A stretch of DNA of 64,000 bases from Candidatus Omnitrophota bacterium. Lineage in GTDB: Bacteria; Omnitrophota; Omnitrophia; Omnitrophales; Aquincolibacteriaceae. The stretch spans positions 11,314-75,313 of the forward strand of contig JAUYMS010000041.1 in assembly GCA_030698625.1 (NCBI GenBank), in the 5' to 3' direction. The notes under the pieces were generated by a model. That model was not told the origin of the DNA. It ran no database searches and saw only the letters and a list, made by a program, of their open reading frames with translations. Shown in pieces: positions 45,218-55,004 of the stretch (position 1 is its first letter; every line of letters begins with the position of its first letter). Made by a program: the position numbers and the translations under genes.

Positions 45218-46449
45218 GGCACCGCGGGCTCGGGTTTTGATGCGCACCCCACCCACCCTAGAAACATGCCGAGTAAAGTCAATAAGGCCATCCCATATAA
45301 GATGGCTAACGGATCGACCGCAGAATCGAGTAAGACGCCGACGATCGGCGGCGAAACAGCTGTAGCCAATACAATCACCGATGAGGAAATGCCTCGTATG
45401 GTTCCCAGTGTCTCTGTGCCGTACAGTTCTGCCCACAATGCGCCGGAGATGGTCATCCCCAAACCCATGGTCATACCTGCACACGCAAGATAAGCAAAGG
45501 ACCAAGTCACAGTGCGTCCGAATATTAGAAAGAACAACCCCGCCAAGAACGGAATGAGCATGAACGGATAAAGGCACCGGGCACCTACGCGGTCAATAAG
45601 AGGCCCTACCGCGAGGGAGCATAGGCCGCGGCACACCCCGAAAAACGCAAAGGCCATCGCTACGATACGCATATCCCAAGCCTTCCACGCCATAAGGCTG
45701 GCCTGATGAAAAAAGAGCGCCGTTAAAAAAGCCGGCGTTACGAGTTGGGAACCGAGAATAAGATAAAAACGCGTATCATTCCTGATTTGCTTCAAGGTCC
45801 AGCCACGCCCCGGCTGACCCATCGCGGGCTTCCCCGCGATGCCGGAAAACTGAAATTCTTCCTGGGCCTTCAGATGAGGTTCGCTACGCACCAGCAGAAA
45901 CGACCAAGGGACATAAGCCACGAGTGTGATACCGGCTAAAAGCAGCCAGCCCGACCGCCAACCGTTTGTAAAAATCCAGGCGGAGACAATCGCCGGCAGC
46001 AGTGCCTCGCCCAAGGGATAGCCCAGATTCGACAGGCCTAGTGCCTTGCCGCGTATAGCTCCGAATGCCCGCGCCATCGTCGTCGAAGAAACCATGGTAA
46101 GCGTGCCCTGACCAAGATTGCGGATGAGAAGGAACCCTAGAAAAACCGTAAGGATCCCCTGTGTACGGCTTAAGAGGACGCAGCCGGCAACAAGAAGAAG
46201 GCCGGCGCACAAAGCGAACCACGCCAGACGAGTACGATCCAGTAAGCGCCCCCACAGGGGCAAGATAAGAGCAGAGACAAGTGTGGCAGCAGAGTAAACG
46301 CCGGCGATGGTGCTCTGCGACCATCCGAACTCCTTCCGCATTTCCGGAATGAAGAGCGCCACTAGAAAGGTTTGTCCCGGACTGCTAAAGAACGCGGCGA
46401 GCAACCCGAAGAAGAGCAATCCCGGATATCTCCGAAGGATCCGTATCAA
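45214..46449 (-). CDS. MFS transporter.
   Basis: 411 aa with 12 predicted TM segments. Confidence 0.8.
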   Translation of the reverse strand: MIRILRRYPGLLFFGLLAAFFSSPGQTFLVALFIPEMRKEFGWSQSTIAGVYSAATLVSALILPLWGRLLDRTRLAWFALCAGLLLVAGCVLLSRTQGILTVFLGFLLIRNLGQGTLTMVSSTTMARAFGAIRGKALGLSNLGYPLGEALLPAIVSAWIFTNGWRSGWLLLAGITLVAYVPWSFLLVRSEPHLKAQEEFQFSGIAGKPAMGQPGRGWTLKQIRNDTRFYLILGSQLVTPAFLTALFFHQASLMAWKAWDMRIVAMAFAFFGVCRGLCSLAVGPLIDRVGARCLYPFMLIPFLAGLFFLIFGRTVTWSFAYLACAGMTMGLGMTISGALWAELYGTETLGTIRGISSSVIVLATAVSPPIVGVLLDSAVDPLAILYGMALLTLLGMFLGWVGCASKPEPAVP

Positions 46450-46904
46450 CGCGGCATTCTGCTCAAGCGTTGCTGAGCTGCATCAATCAGCACAATGCAA
46501 ACGCTGATCGCCTTTGTGCTGTTCTCAATGTCAGCCGAAGACGCAAAATCAGGGGCGATGCTTTTCCAGATCCTATTGGCATTCTCAAACATTTTCCCGG
46601 CCTCGGTCAACTGAATCAATGCAGCCTGTAATTGCTTACGTGTGGCATCTTGATCGGAGATAATTTTAGCGCTGAGATCGGCAATATGGCCGGCCTGCCG
46701 GGCGTCCGTTTCGGCTTCATTGGCCAAATCGAGATATTTCTGAAAGTTGAATGCCTTCTCAGCCGGAAATGTCTTGCCTTGCGCCGTCGCCGGTATGCTT
46801 TGAGAGACTTCTTCGGAAGACGGTTCCGCGGCGTCAAACCCCTGGCAATAAGCTGTCGGGATCCCAAGCAGAAGCAGAATGGCAATGCCAACGATGATCT
46901 GCAT
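46446..46904 (-). CDS. Secreted hypothetical protein.
   Basis: Signal peptide MQIIVGIAILLLLGIPTAYCQG. Confidence 0.45.
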   Translation of the reverse strand: MQIIVGIAILLLLGIPTAYCQGFDAAEPSSEEVSQSIPATAQGKTFPAEKAFNFQKYLDLANEAETDARQAGHIADLSAKIISDQDATRKQLQAALIQLTEAGKMFENANRIWKSIAPDFASSADIENSTKAISVCIVLIDAAQQRLSRMPR

Positions 46905-46906
46905 AG

Positions 46907-48202
46907 TTATGCGATAAACGCGGGGATCGTCTCGCCTTCCACAAGCTGTTGAAGAGATTCACGCTTGCGGACCACTTCGAAATGGCTTCCTCTGACAAGG
47001 ACTTCCGCGGCCCGCGGCCGCGAATTATAATTGGAAGCCATCACAAACCCGTAAGCCCCGGCCGACATGAGGGCGATATAATCATCCGGATGCAGTTCCT
47101 GCATATGCCTGTCCTTTGCAAGGACGTCTCCGCTTTCACAAATGGGGCCGACGACATCATAGACCTCTTTAGGAGCTCGCGTGTTGCGTTTAAGCGGCAG
47201 CACCCCATGATAGGCACCGTAAAGACTCGGTCGAATAAGATCGTTCATCGCGACATTTACGATCGCGAAATTCTTAACTTGCGTCTGTTTGACATATAAG
47301 ACCTGCCCGACAAGGATTCCGCTGTTGGCGGCAATAAAACGTCCCGGCTCAAAAACCAACTTGAACTTACGGCCCTTAAATAGCGGTAAAATACGCCGCG
47401 CAAACTGCGCTGCCGTCTGCGGGTTCTCACTATCATATATCACACCCAACCCCCCGCCGACATTCAGATACTTGATGACCGTTCCCTGCTTCGCGAGCTT
47501 GTCGATAAAACGCAAGGTCTTGCGAAAGGCTTCGACAAAAGGACTTCCGGTCACAATCTGCGAACCAATGTGCACGTGAATCGCACAAAGCGAAAGATTC
47601 TTATAGCGGGACTTATCGGCAAAAATCCGCGTTGCCGTCTGGATATCGAGACCGAATTTGCTTTCGGCTTTTCCGGTAGCGATATGATCATGCGTCTGAG
47701 GATCAACGCCCGGGTTGATCCTCAGAGACACGTTGACCTTCGCTTTGAGCCGCCCCGCGGCGCGTTCGATCAATTCGAGTTCCGGAACGGATTCGACATT
47801 AAATAAAAGAATGCCGTAGCGAATGGCATCTTCGATTTCTTCGAAGGATTTCCCGACACCCGCAAAAACAATCTTTTCAGGAGGACATCCGACGCGACGC
47901 GCCCGGTACAGCTCTCCGCCCGAAACAATATCAAGACCTGCCCCCTTGTCGACCAAGGTCTTCAAAATAGCAAGATTTGAATTTGCTTTCATGGAGTAGC
48001 AGATGAGAGGTCTTACGGTCGCGAAGGCGCGCTGCAGCTTCCTCAGATGCTCCACGAAAGTCTTATAGCTGTAGATATAAAGAGGGGTCCCGACCTTTTT
48101 GACAATATCGCGAACGAGCACCTTTTCGCAGTACAGTTCATTTCCCCGATACGAAAAATCGTGCATCATCATCGCGACCCCCGGCTCAGGCTTCTTTCCC
48201 AC
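46907..48202 (-). CDS. lysA: Diaminopimelate decarboxylase.
   Basis: Fold-III PLP decarboxylase (alanine-racemase-like) with C-terminal LysA-like motifs. The true start is probably MMMHDFSY. Confidence 0.85.
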   Translation of the reverse strand: MGKKPEPGVAMMMHDFSYRGNELYCEKVLVRDIVKKVGTPLYIYSYKTFVEHLRKLQRAFATVRPLICYSMKANSNLAILKTLVDKGAGLDIVSGGELYRARRVGCPPEKIVFAGVGKSFEEIEDAIRYGILLFNVESVPELELIERAAGRLKAKVNVSLRINPGVDPQTHDHIATGKAESKFGLDIQTATRIFADKSRYKNLSLCAIHVHIGSQIVTGSPFVEAFRKTLRFIDKLAKQGTVIKYLNVGGGLGVIYDSENPQTAAQFARRILPLFKGRKFKLVFEPGRFIAANSGILVGQVLYVKQTQVKNFAIVNVAMNDLIRPSLYGAYHGVLPLKRNTRAPKEVYDVVGPICESGDVLAKDRHMQELHPDDYIALMSAGAYGFVMASNYNSRPRAAEVLVRGSHFEVVRKRESLQQLVEGETIPAFIA

Positions 48203-49575
48203 TTCAAAATTTGCGAGCGAACTCTTTTCGGCTGCGTGCTTCCGATGGTTTTTTTTGCCGCCACCGATGTACGCGGTTGAAAGAGATCGTAAATATCGGA
48301 GTCAAAAACCTTTCCGTACCGCTTCCATTCGGGCAGGCTGAATTCGCGCATCGGCTTTTGCTCTTCGGCGCTGGCACGGACAATTCTACCGACGAGTTCG
48401 TGCGCCTCGGCAAACGGTACCGATTTGCGAACCAAATACTCGAGAATATCAGTAGCAAAAAGGACGTCGTCCTCGACCGAGGTTTCCATAGCCTTCCGAT
48501 TCCACTGAACCGACGCCAGGGTAAGCGCCAGAAGTTTGAGCGTGATACGGGTTTTCATAATGGCATCAAATACAGCCGGCTTGTCTTCCTGAAGGTCACG
48601 GTTGTATCCGAGAGGAAGCCCCTTCTGCATGGTCAGAAGTGCTTGTAGATGACCGAAGATAACACCGCTTCTGCCGCGAATAAGCTCAAAGATATCGGGG
48701 TTTTTCTTCTGCGGCATCAGACTCGAACCTGTAGCAAATTCATCGTCCAAATCGACAAACCCAAAGAACTCGCTGTTCCAGAGGATAAAGTCTTCAGAAA
48801 GCCGCGACAGATGTGTCCAAAGAATGGCCAGACCGCTCAGGAACTCGGTCAAAAACCCCCGATCGCTGACTGCGGCCAGACTATTTGTCGACACTTTCGA
48901 AAAGCCCAATTGACGCGCAAGATAGTCCTGATCAAGCTTCAGCGAAGAACCCGCCAGCGCGGCCGATCCCAAACTCAGGACATCGACCCGCTTCAGGCAA
49001 TCCACAAGACGCGCCCGATCCTCCTCGAACATTTCTACATAGGCCAGAAGGTGATGCGCCAAGAGCACCGGCTGCGCCTTTCTCATATGCGTCATACCCG
49101 CAATAATCGCCCCCGAAGACTTCTTTGCCGCCGCGATAAGACCGCGCTGGGCCTCTCGGATCAGTCCCTCAAGCTCGGGGATCTGCCCTTTTAGATAAAG
49201 TCGGGTCGAGGTCACAACGAGGTCATTGCGGCTGCGCCCGGTGTGAATCTTTTTGCCGACTTCACCCACCTTCTTCTCAAGTTGATCCTGAATAAGCGAG
49301 TGAATGTCTTCATACTTGCGAAGAAATTTAGACGGCACCGATTTGTGCGGATCTGCGGCGCAAAGCACCTTGCCCAGAGACTTTAATCCTCTGAGAAGGC
49401 GATTCATCTCGGGCCGCGTAATAAGCCGGACGCGAGCAAGCATCCTGACCCACGCATCATTGACTTTCAACTCCGCCTCCACCAACTTAAAATCAACGGA
49501 GAGGGAATAACTGAAGCACTTCAGGAGCGGATGCATTTCCTTTTTGAATCTTCCCCCCCACAACTTCTTAGACAT
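48169..49575 (-). CDS. argH: Argininosuccinate lyase.
   Basis: MSKKLWGGRF plus the fumarate-lyase signature GSSLMPQKKNPD. Confidence 0.95.
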   Translation of the reverse strand: MSKKLWGGRFKKEMHPLLKCFSYSLSVDFKLVEAELKVNDAWVRMLARVRLITRPEMNRLLRGLKSLGKVLCAADPHKSVPSKFLRKYEDIHSLIQDQLEKKVGEVGKKIHTGRSRNDLVVTSTRLYLKGQIPELEGLIREAQRGLIAAAKKSSGAIIAGMTHMRKAQPVLLAHHLLAYVEMFEEDRARLVDCLKRVDVLSLGSAALAGSSLKLDQDYLARQLGFSKVSTNSLAAVSDRGFLTEFLSGLAILWTHLSRLSEDFILWNSEFFGFVDLDDEFATGSSLMPQKKNPDIFELIRGRSGVIFGHLQALLTMQKGLPLGYNRDLQEDKPAVFDAIMKTRITLKLLALTLASVQWNRKAMETSVEDDVLFATDILEYLVRKSVPFAEAHELVGRIVRASAEEQKPMREFSLPEWKRYGKVFDSDIYDLFQPRTSVAAKKTIGSTQPKRVRSQILKWERSLSRGSR

Positions 49576-49603
49576 AAAAACCTCCGGCTATTGTGTCACG
49601 TTT

Positions 49604-50791
49604 CTAACGTCTTTTAGCCATTCCTTCGTACGGTAGGCCCCAGACCTTCATGAAGCCTTCTGCGGCCTTATGGTCGAACTGATCGTCAGCGGAATACGTT
49701 GCGAGCTTTTCCGAATAGAGCGAGTAAGAGGACTCTCTCCCCACGCAGGTCGCATGTCCCCGGTCGAGTTTGATTCGAATCCGGCCGGTAACGCGCCGCT
49801 GATTCGACTTGAAAAATTGATCCAACGCCTGCTTCAGGGGTGAAAACCAAAGCCCGAAGTAAACGAGTTGGGCATATTTCTCCGATACCACTCGCTTGTA
49901 ATGGATAAACTCTCGATCCATAACCATGGATTCGAGTTCGCTATGCGCCTGAAGCAGAACTTCGGCAGCGGGTGCCTCGTAAATCTCTCGGCTCTTAATG
50001 CCGACAAGCCGGTTTTCGATCATGTCGAACCGCCCGACACCGTAAATGCCGGCAATCCGATTGAGGGACTCGATCATGTCCACCAAGGATTTGTGAACAC
50101 CGTTAAGCTTGACGGGCACCCCGCGCGAAAACTCGATCGTGATGTATCTCGGCTTTTTCGGCGTCTTCGCCGGAGACCGGGTCATGACATAGGCGTCTTC
50201 GGGCGGCTCCGTCCAGGGATTTTCCAAAATGCCTGCCTCGATGGCAATTCCCCATATGTTCTTGTCAATAGAGTACGGGCTCGCCTTTGTGGCATCCACC
50301 GGGATTTTATGCTTTCTCGCATAATCGATCTCCTCTTCGCGCGAGCTGAATTCCCACACGCGAAGCGGGGCGATAATCTTAAGTTTCGGGTTTAGCGTAC
50401 GGATACCAACTTCGATGCGCACCTGGTCGTTACCCTTGCCGGTACAACCGTGCGCCACATAATCCGCCTTTTCCTTTTCAGCAATCCGTGCCAGATGTTT
50501 GGCGATCAGCGGCCGGCCGATAGCCGTTGCCAACGGGTATTTGCCTTCATAGCGGGCATGCGCCCAAAGCGACGGCAGAATAAAGTCCCGAGCAAACTCC
50601 GTTTTGAGATTCTCAACATAGGTCTTGCTGGCGCCGGCCTGACGCGCCCTACGGCGCAGTTTCTCCGGGTCCTTCACTTCACCGATAAAAGCCGAGAAGC
50701 AAATGACTTCGAGGCGGTATTTTTCCTTCAGCCATTTGACCGCGCATGACGTATCCAATCCACCCGAGTAAGCAAGCACTACCTTTTTCAT
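49604..50791 (-). CDS. argG: Argininosuccinate synthase.
   Basis: Start reassigned to MKKVVLAYSGGLDTS (ATG at 50789-50791). Confidence 0.95.
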   Translation of the reverse strand: MKKVVLAYSGGLDTSCAVKWLKEKYRLEVICFSAFIGEVKDPEKLRRRARQAGASKTYVENLKTEFARDFILPSLWAHARYEGKYPLATAIGRPLIAKHLARIAEKEKADYVAHGCTGKGNDQVRIEVGIRTLNPKLKIIAPLRVWEFSSREEEIDYARKHKIPVDATKASPYSIDKNIWGIAIEAGILENPWTEPPEDAYVMTRSPAKTPKKPRYITIEFSRGVPVKLNGVHKSLVDMIESLNRIAGIYGVGRFDMIENRLVGIKSREIYEAPAAEVLLQAHSELESMVMDREFIHYKRVVSEKYAQLVYFGLWFSPLKQALDQFFKSNQRRVTGRIRIKLDRGHATCVGRESSYSLYSEKLATYSADDQFDHKAAEGFMKVWGLPYEGMAKRR

Positions 50792-50798
50792 AATCACC

Positions 50799-51716
50799 TC
50801 AACTGCAAAGATGCAGTAATATTGCCTTCTGTATGTGTAATCTGTTTTCAGCCTGTTCAAAAACAATCGACTTTTTCGATTCTATCACGCCGTCGGTTAT
50901 TTCCTCACCGCGGTGAGCCGGAAGGCAATGCATCACGAAGGGCTGCCTCCGGCATCGTGCGAGCAGTTTCGGATTAATCTGATAGGTCTCAAACGCCTTA
51001 CTTTTCTTGGCGCTGTCTTTTTCCTGCCCCATGCTCACCCACACGTCCGTATAAACAAAATCAGCATCGCGCACGGCATCTTTAGGATCTTCAAAAGCCT
51101 CAATCCGGGCGCCCGTTCGCTTTGCAACTTGCTTGGCGTCACGACAAATTGAGGCGGGCGGGCTGTGCTTTTTCGGCGTCGCATAGTTAAGCGGCATACC
51201 GAGCTTGGCGGCAAGCAGTATCAGTGAATTTAACACGTTGTTGCCATCGCCGATAAACGTGAGCACGGGCTTTCTCTTGGTCGAACGAAACTTAGATAAC
51301 ATGGTGAAATAGTCCCCCAAAGCCTGGCAGGGGTGCTCCCAATCGCTGAGGCCGTTAATGATCGGCTTAGAGAAGTATTGCCGAAACTCAACGATTGTCT
51401 TATGTGAAAACGTTCTGAGCACGACGCCTGCAAGGTACCGTTCCAAAACCCGGGCGACATCCTTGATTTCTTCCCGGGCTCCGAGTTTAATATCCTGCGG
51501 GCCAAGATAAATCGTTCCGGCTCCCATAGAAAACAACCCCGCATCGAACGAAACCCAAGTCCGCGTAGAGGGTTTTTCGAAAATGAGCCCGAACATTTTT
51601 CCGCGAAGCGACCCCTCAAGCTGTTCCGGATGTTTCTTCCCTTGCTCGGCCAGAGCGAATATGTCCTCGATGCTTTTCACACTCAAATCATTGATCGACA
51701 GCAAACTCTTTGACAT
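50799..51716 (-). CDS. argF: Ornithine carbamoyltransferase.
   Basis: STRTW and HCLP motifs. Confidence 0.9.
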   Translation of the reverse strand: MSKSLLSINDLSVKSIEDIFALAEQGKKHPEQLEGSLRGKMFGLIFEKPSTRTWVSFDAGLFSMGAGTIYLGPQDIKLGAREEIKDVARVLERYLAGVVLRTFSHKTIVEFRQYFSKPIINGLSDWEHPCQALGDYFTMLSKFRSTKRKPVLTFIGDGNNVLNSLILLAAKLGMPLNYATPKKHSPPASICRDAKQVAKRTGARIEAFEDPKDAVRDADFVYTDVWVSMGQEKDSAKKSKAFETYQINPKLLARCRRQPFVMHCLPAHRGEEITDGVIESKKSIVFEQAENRLHIQKAILLHLCS

Positions 51717-51718
51717 GA

Positions 51719-52903
51719 TTACGGCACCTCAGCAAGAACATCTCTAAGAATCGCCATCGCTTGACTGATAAGCTTCTTTGTCACATTAATAGCGGGCATA
51801 ATTCTCAGCACCTTATCCTGCGTGCAATTAATCAGCAGCCCGTTCTGCCGTGCTTTATCCACGATTGCGACTCCCGAGACACTCAACTCGATACCCCGCA
51901 TTAACGCAAGGCCCCTAATCTCTTTGATAAATGAGAACTCCCCCTTGAGCTTCTCCAAAGAAGCCGCAAGATAATCGCCCATTTCCTGCGCATTTCTTAA
52001 TAGGCCCTTTGATTTGATCACGTCAAAAACGGCTAGGGCAGCTGCGGTCACCAGCGGATTCCCTCCGTAGGTCGCCGCATGGGTTCCCGGCGTAAAGACC
52101 TCGGGCAATTTCCTATGCGCCACAAGAGCTCCGATCGGCACACCGCCGCCGAGAGATTTCGCCAGTGTCATGAGATCGGGTTCAATCCCGTAGTGTTGAA
52201 ATCCGAACATCTTTCCCGTGCGGCCCATGCCCGTTTGCACTTCATCAAGTATGAGGAGCAGGTTTTTCTCGTCGCAGAGCTTACGGAGCCCGCGCATAAA
52301 TTCCTGCGTTGCGACATGCACTCCCCCTTCACCCTGAACCGGCTCCAAAAAAACAGCGACCGTCTTGTCATTGATCAGGCTCTTCACCGAATCAAGATTA
52401 TTGAATTCGGCATACACAAAACCCCCGGGTAAAGGCGCAAAACCATGCTTCACTTTGTCCTGGCCAGTGGCCGTAATGGCCGCCAAGGTTCGTCCGTGAA
52501 ACGAGTTTTTCATCGAAATGATTTCATAGCGACCGCTTACGCTGCCAAACTTGCGCGCAAATTTCACGGCAGCTTCCGTGGCCTCGGCTCCGCTCGAGCA
52601 AAAAAAAGCACGCCCGTCAAAGGAGGCTTCCACCAGGGTACGCGCTAATTGGGCCTGCTTCAAATTGAAATAGTTATTCGGGACATGCAGTATCTTTCGC
52701 GATTGCTCTTTAATCGCATTGACGACGGCCGGGGGGCAATGGCCGAGGCCGGAAACCGCCCAACCGGGAAAGAAATCGAGGTACTCGCGATTTTCGATAT
52801 CCCATACGCGCGACCCCTTCCCCTTGACCAAACAGAGGGGTGCCTGTGTGTAGGTGGGTAAAACGAACTTAGAATAGAGATTTTGAACGTCAGCTGTTTT
52901 CAT
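51719..52903 (-). CDS. argD: Acetylornithine aminotransferase.
   Basis: Class-III PLP aminotransferase motifs (LILDEVQTGMGRTGK). Confidence 0.9.
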   Translation of the reverse strand: MKTADVQNLYSKFVLPTYTQAPLCLVKGKGSRVWDIENREYLDFFPGWAVSGLGHCPPAVVNAIKEQSRKILHVPNNYFNLKQAQLARTLVEASFDGRAFFCSSGAEATEAAVKFARKFGSVSGRYEIISMKNSFHGRTLAAITATGQDKVKHGFAPLPGGFVYAEFNNLDSVKSLINDKTVAVFLEPVQGEGGVHVATQEFMRGLRKLCDEKNLLLILDEVQTGMGRTGKMFGFQHYGIEPDLMTLAKSLGGGVPIGALVAHRKLPEVFTPGTHAATYGGNPLVTAAALAVFDVIKSKGLLRNAQEMGDYLAASLEKLKGEFSFIKEIRGLALMRGIELSVSGVAIVDKARQNGLLINCTQDKVLRIMPAINVTKKLISQAMAILRDVLAEVP

Positions 52904-52917
52904 GGAGCGAAAGCCTT

Positions 52918-53781
52918 CTAGACGATGATTTCGGTGCCGATTCCTCGGTCGGTGAAAACTTCCAGCAAAAGAGCATGTTCGATGCGGCCGTCAATGATGT
53001 GCGCCTTGCGCACGCCGCCTTCGAGAGCCGTAATGCAAGACTTCACTTTAGGGATCATGCCCCCTTGAATCACCTTTTTCTTTATCAGTTCCTCAGCTTC
53101 GTCGGCATGAAGGGACGAGATGAGGGAATCCTCGTCATCGGCTTGACGCAGAATGCCTTGCACGTTAGTAAGAACCATTAGTTTCTGAACACCCATGGCC
53201 ACGGCGATCTTTGCGGCAGCATCATCAGCATTGACGTTGTATGTCTCGCCCTCATCGCCGCGGCCGACCGGATAGATCACGGGGATAATATTGCGGTCCG
53301 TCAGTTCTTTCAGCGGGAGAATATTCACGGACGTGACATCGCCGACATAACCGACATCACCGTGGTCCGTATGCTTGACAACATTTAAAATTCCGGCATC
53401 ATGCCCTGAAAGACCTCTCGCTTGCGCTCCGAACCGATTTAGATCGTCAACGATACTTTTATTAATGTCGGCCAGCGTATCAACAACCGTGTCCATGGTC
53501 TCCTTGTCGGTAACCCTTAGGCCATGCACAAAGTTACTTTTGACACCCCTCTTCTTCAAGTTTTCCGTAATTGCCGGCCCCCCGCCGTGAATAAGGATCG
53601 GCTTAATGCCCACATAGTTCATGAACACCAAGTCATGCAGAACGTTGTTACGAATGCTCTCGTAGGTCATGGCGGCACCGCCGTACTTAATGAGAACTTC
53701 CTTGCCGCGGAATTTCTTGATGTACGGTAAGGCCTCGATGAGGATGCTGGCTTTGTCGACGTATTCTTGCATAAGCTTCAC
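52918..53781 (-). CDS. argB: Acetylglutamate kinase.
   Basis: Amino-acid kinase fold (IKYGGAAM...VLIHGGGP). Confidence 0.9.
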   Translation of the reverse strand: MKLMQEYVDKASILIEALPYIKKFRGKEVLIKYGGAAMTYESIRNNVLHDLVFMNYVGIKPILIHGGGPAITENLKKRGVKSNFVHGLRVTDKETMDTVVDTLADINKSIVDDLNRFGAQARGLSGHDAGILNVVKHTDHGDVGYVGDVTSVNILPLKELTDRNIIPVIYPVGRGDEGETYNVNADDAAAKIAVAMGVQKLMVLTNVQGILRQADDEDSLISSLHADEAEELIKKKVIQGGMIPKVKSCITALEGGVRKAHIIDGRIEHALLLEVFTDRGIGTEIIV

Positions 53782-55004
53782 GAGTAGGCCGAATTGATCA
53801 AAACGTATTTGGTCGTCAGGTCAGACGTAATAAACTCGGCTCGCCCCCTTCCTTTACCGATGGCAACATCGATCGCGTATTCTCTGCGCCGGAGAACCTT
53901 TCTCGCCTTCGGGAGCTTTGATGCGCGGAGTATTCCGCCCGCCACAGTCGTCACATTGCCAAAAGATATATTTAGATGGTTCGGATTAAACTGCACGCCG
54001 CTTGCACCGACGGCTGCTGCGATTCTTCCCCAATTGGGGTCTGCACCCGCAAGCATAGTTTTAAAGAGCATCGAATTCGCAATATACCGGGCGGCCTTCT
54101 CCGCCTGAGTCGGGTTTTTGGCACCCCGCACTCGCAGCGTACAAACGTGAGAGACCCCTTCGCCGTCGCGCACCATCTCGTAAGCCATAATCCGACAGAC
54201 TTCCTCTAGTGCATCCCGGAATAACCGGTAGTCTCGATCCACTTTATGAATCGTCTGATTCATGGCCAAGCCGTTGGCCAGCACAAAAACCATATCGTTT
54301 GTGCTCATGTCATTGTCGATCGCAATCTGATTGAACGTGTCGTCGGTCGCGTGCCGTATCGCCCGCCTCAGCATCGGTTTTGCAATAGAGCAGTCGGTGG
54401 TGATAAATGCCAACATCGTCGCCATGTTCGGGTGCACCATCCCCGAGCCTTTCGCTACGGCCCCGATCGTTACCTTCTGATCACCGATATAGAACGACAG
54501 CGCCATCTCTTTGATCCTCTTGTCCGTGGTCAACAAACCCCTCGCTGCAGCGTGACCGCCCTTTTCCTCCTCAGACAGCCGCCGCACCATGCGCTTAATT
54601 CCCCTTTTAAACCGTGTGATGGGAAACCGCACGCCGATCAGACCAGTTTGGGCAATGAGGATTTCCTCCCGCTCAATTTTCAGCAGCTGCGCCGCAGTAG
54701 CCACGGCCTCATCAACGGCTTCTCTGCCTTGAGACCCGTTGATGCAGTTGGCATTGCCGCTGGAGCAAAGAATGGCATGATGCCGCGCTTCGCGAACGGC
54801 ACGCATGGAATAGAGTACCGGCCATGCCTTCAGACGATTTGTCGTAAAGGTTCCCGCCGCTACGCAGGGGGTGGGCGAATAGATGAGAGCGGAATCGTAC
54901 TTTTTCCTGTTGCGCTTGATGCCGCAATGCACGCCGCTTGCAAAAAATCCCTTCGGGCTCGTGACCGTGCCTCCCCGCTTCTTCTCCCAAAATGGCTTTA
55001 CCAT
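53778..55004 (-). CDS. argJ: Bifunctional glutamate N-acetyltransferase/amino-acid acetyltransferase (ornithine acetyltransferase).
   Basis: ArgJ family, with the ATML autoproteolysis site in MATMLAFITTD. Confidence 0.9.
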   Translation of the reverse strand: MVKPFWEKKRGGTVTSPKGFFASGVHCGIKRNRKKYDSALIYSPTPCVAAGTFTTNRLKAWPVLYSMRAVREARHHAILCSSGNANCINGSQGREAVDEAVATAAQLLKIEREEILIAQTGLIGVRFPITRFKRGIKRMVRRLSEEEKGGHAAARGLLTTDKRIKEMALSFYIGDQKVTIGAVAKGSGMVHPNMATMLAFITTDCSIAKPMLRRAIRHATDDTFNQIAIDNDMSTNDMVFVLANGLAMNQTIHKVDRDYRLFRDALEEVCRIMAYEMVRDGEGVSHVCTLRVRGAKNPTQAEKAARYIANSMLFKTMLAGADPNWGRIAAAVGASGVQFNPNHLNISFGNVTTVAGGILRASKLPKARKVLRRREYAIDVAIGKGRGRAEFITSDLTTKYVLINSAYS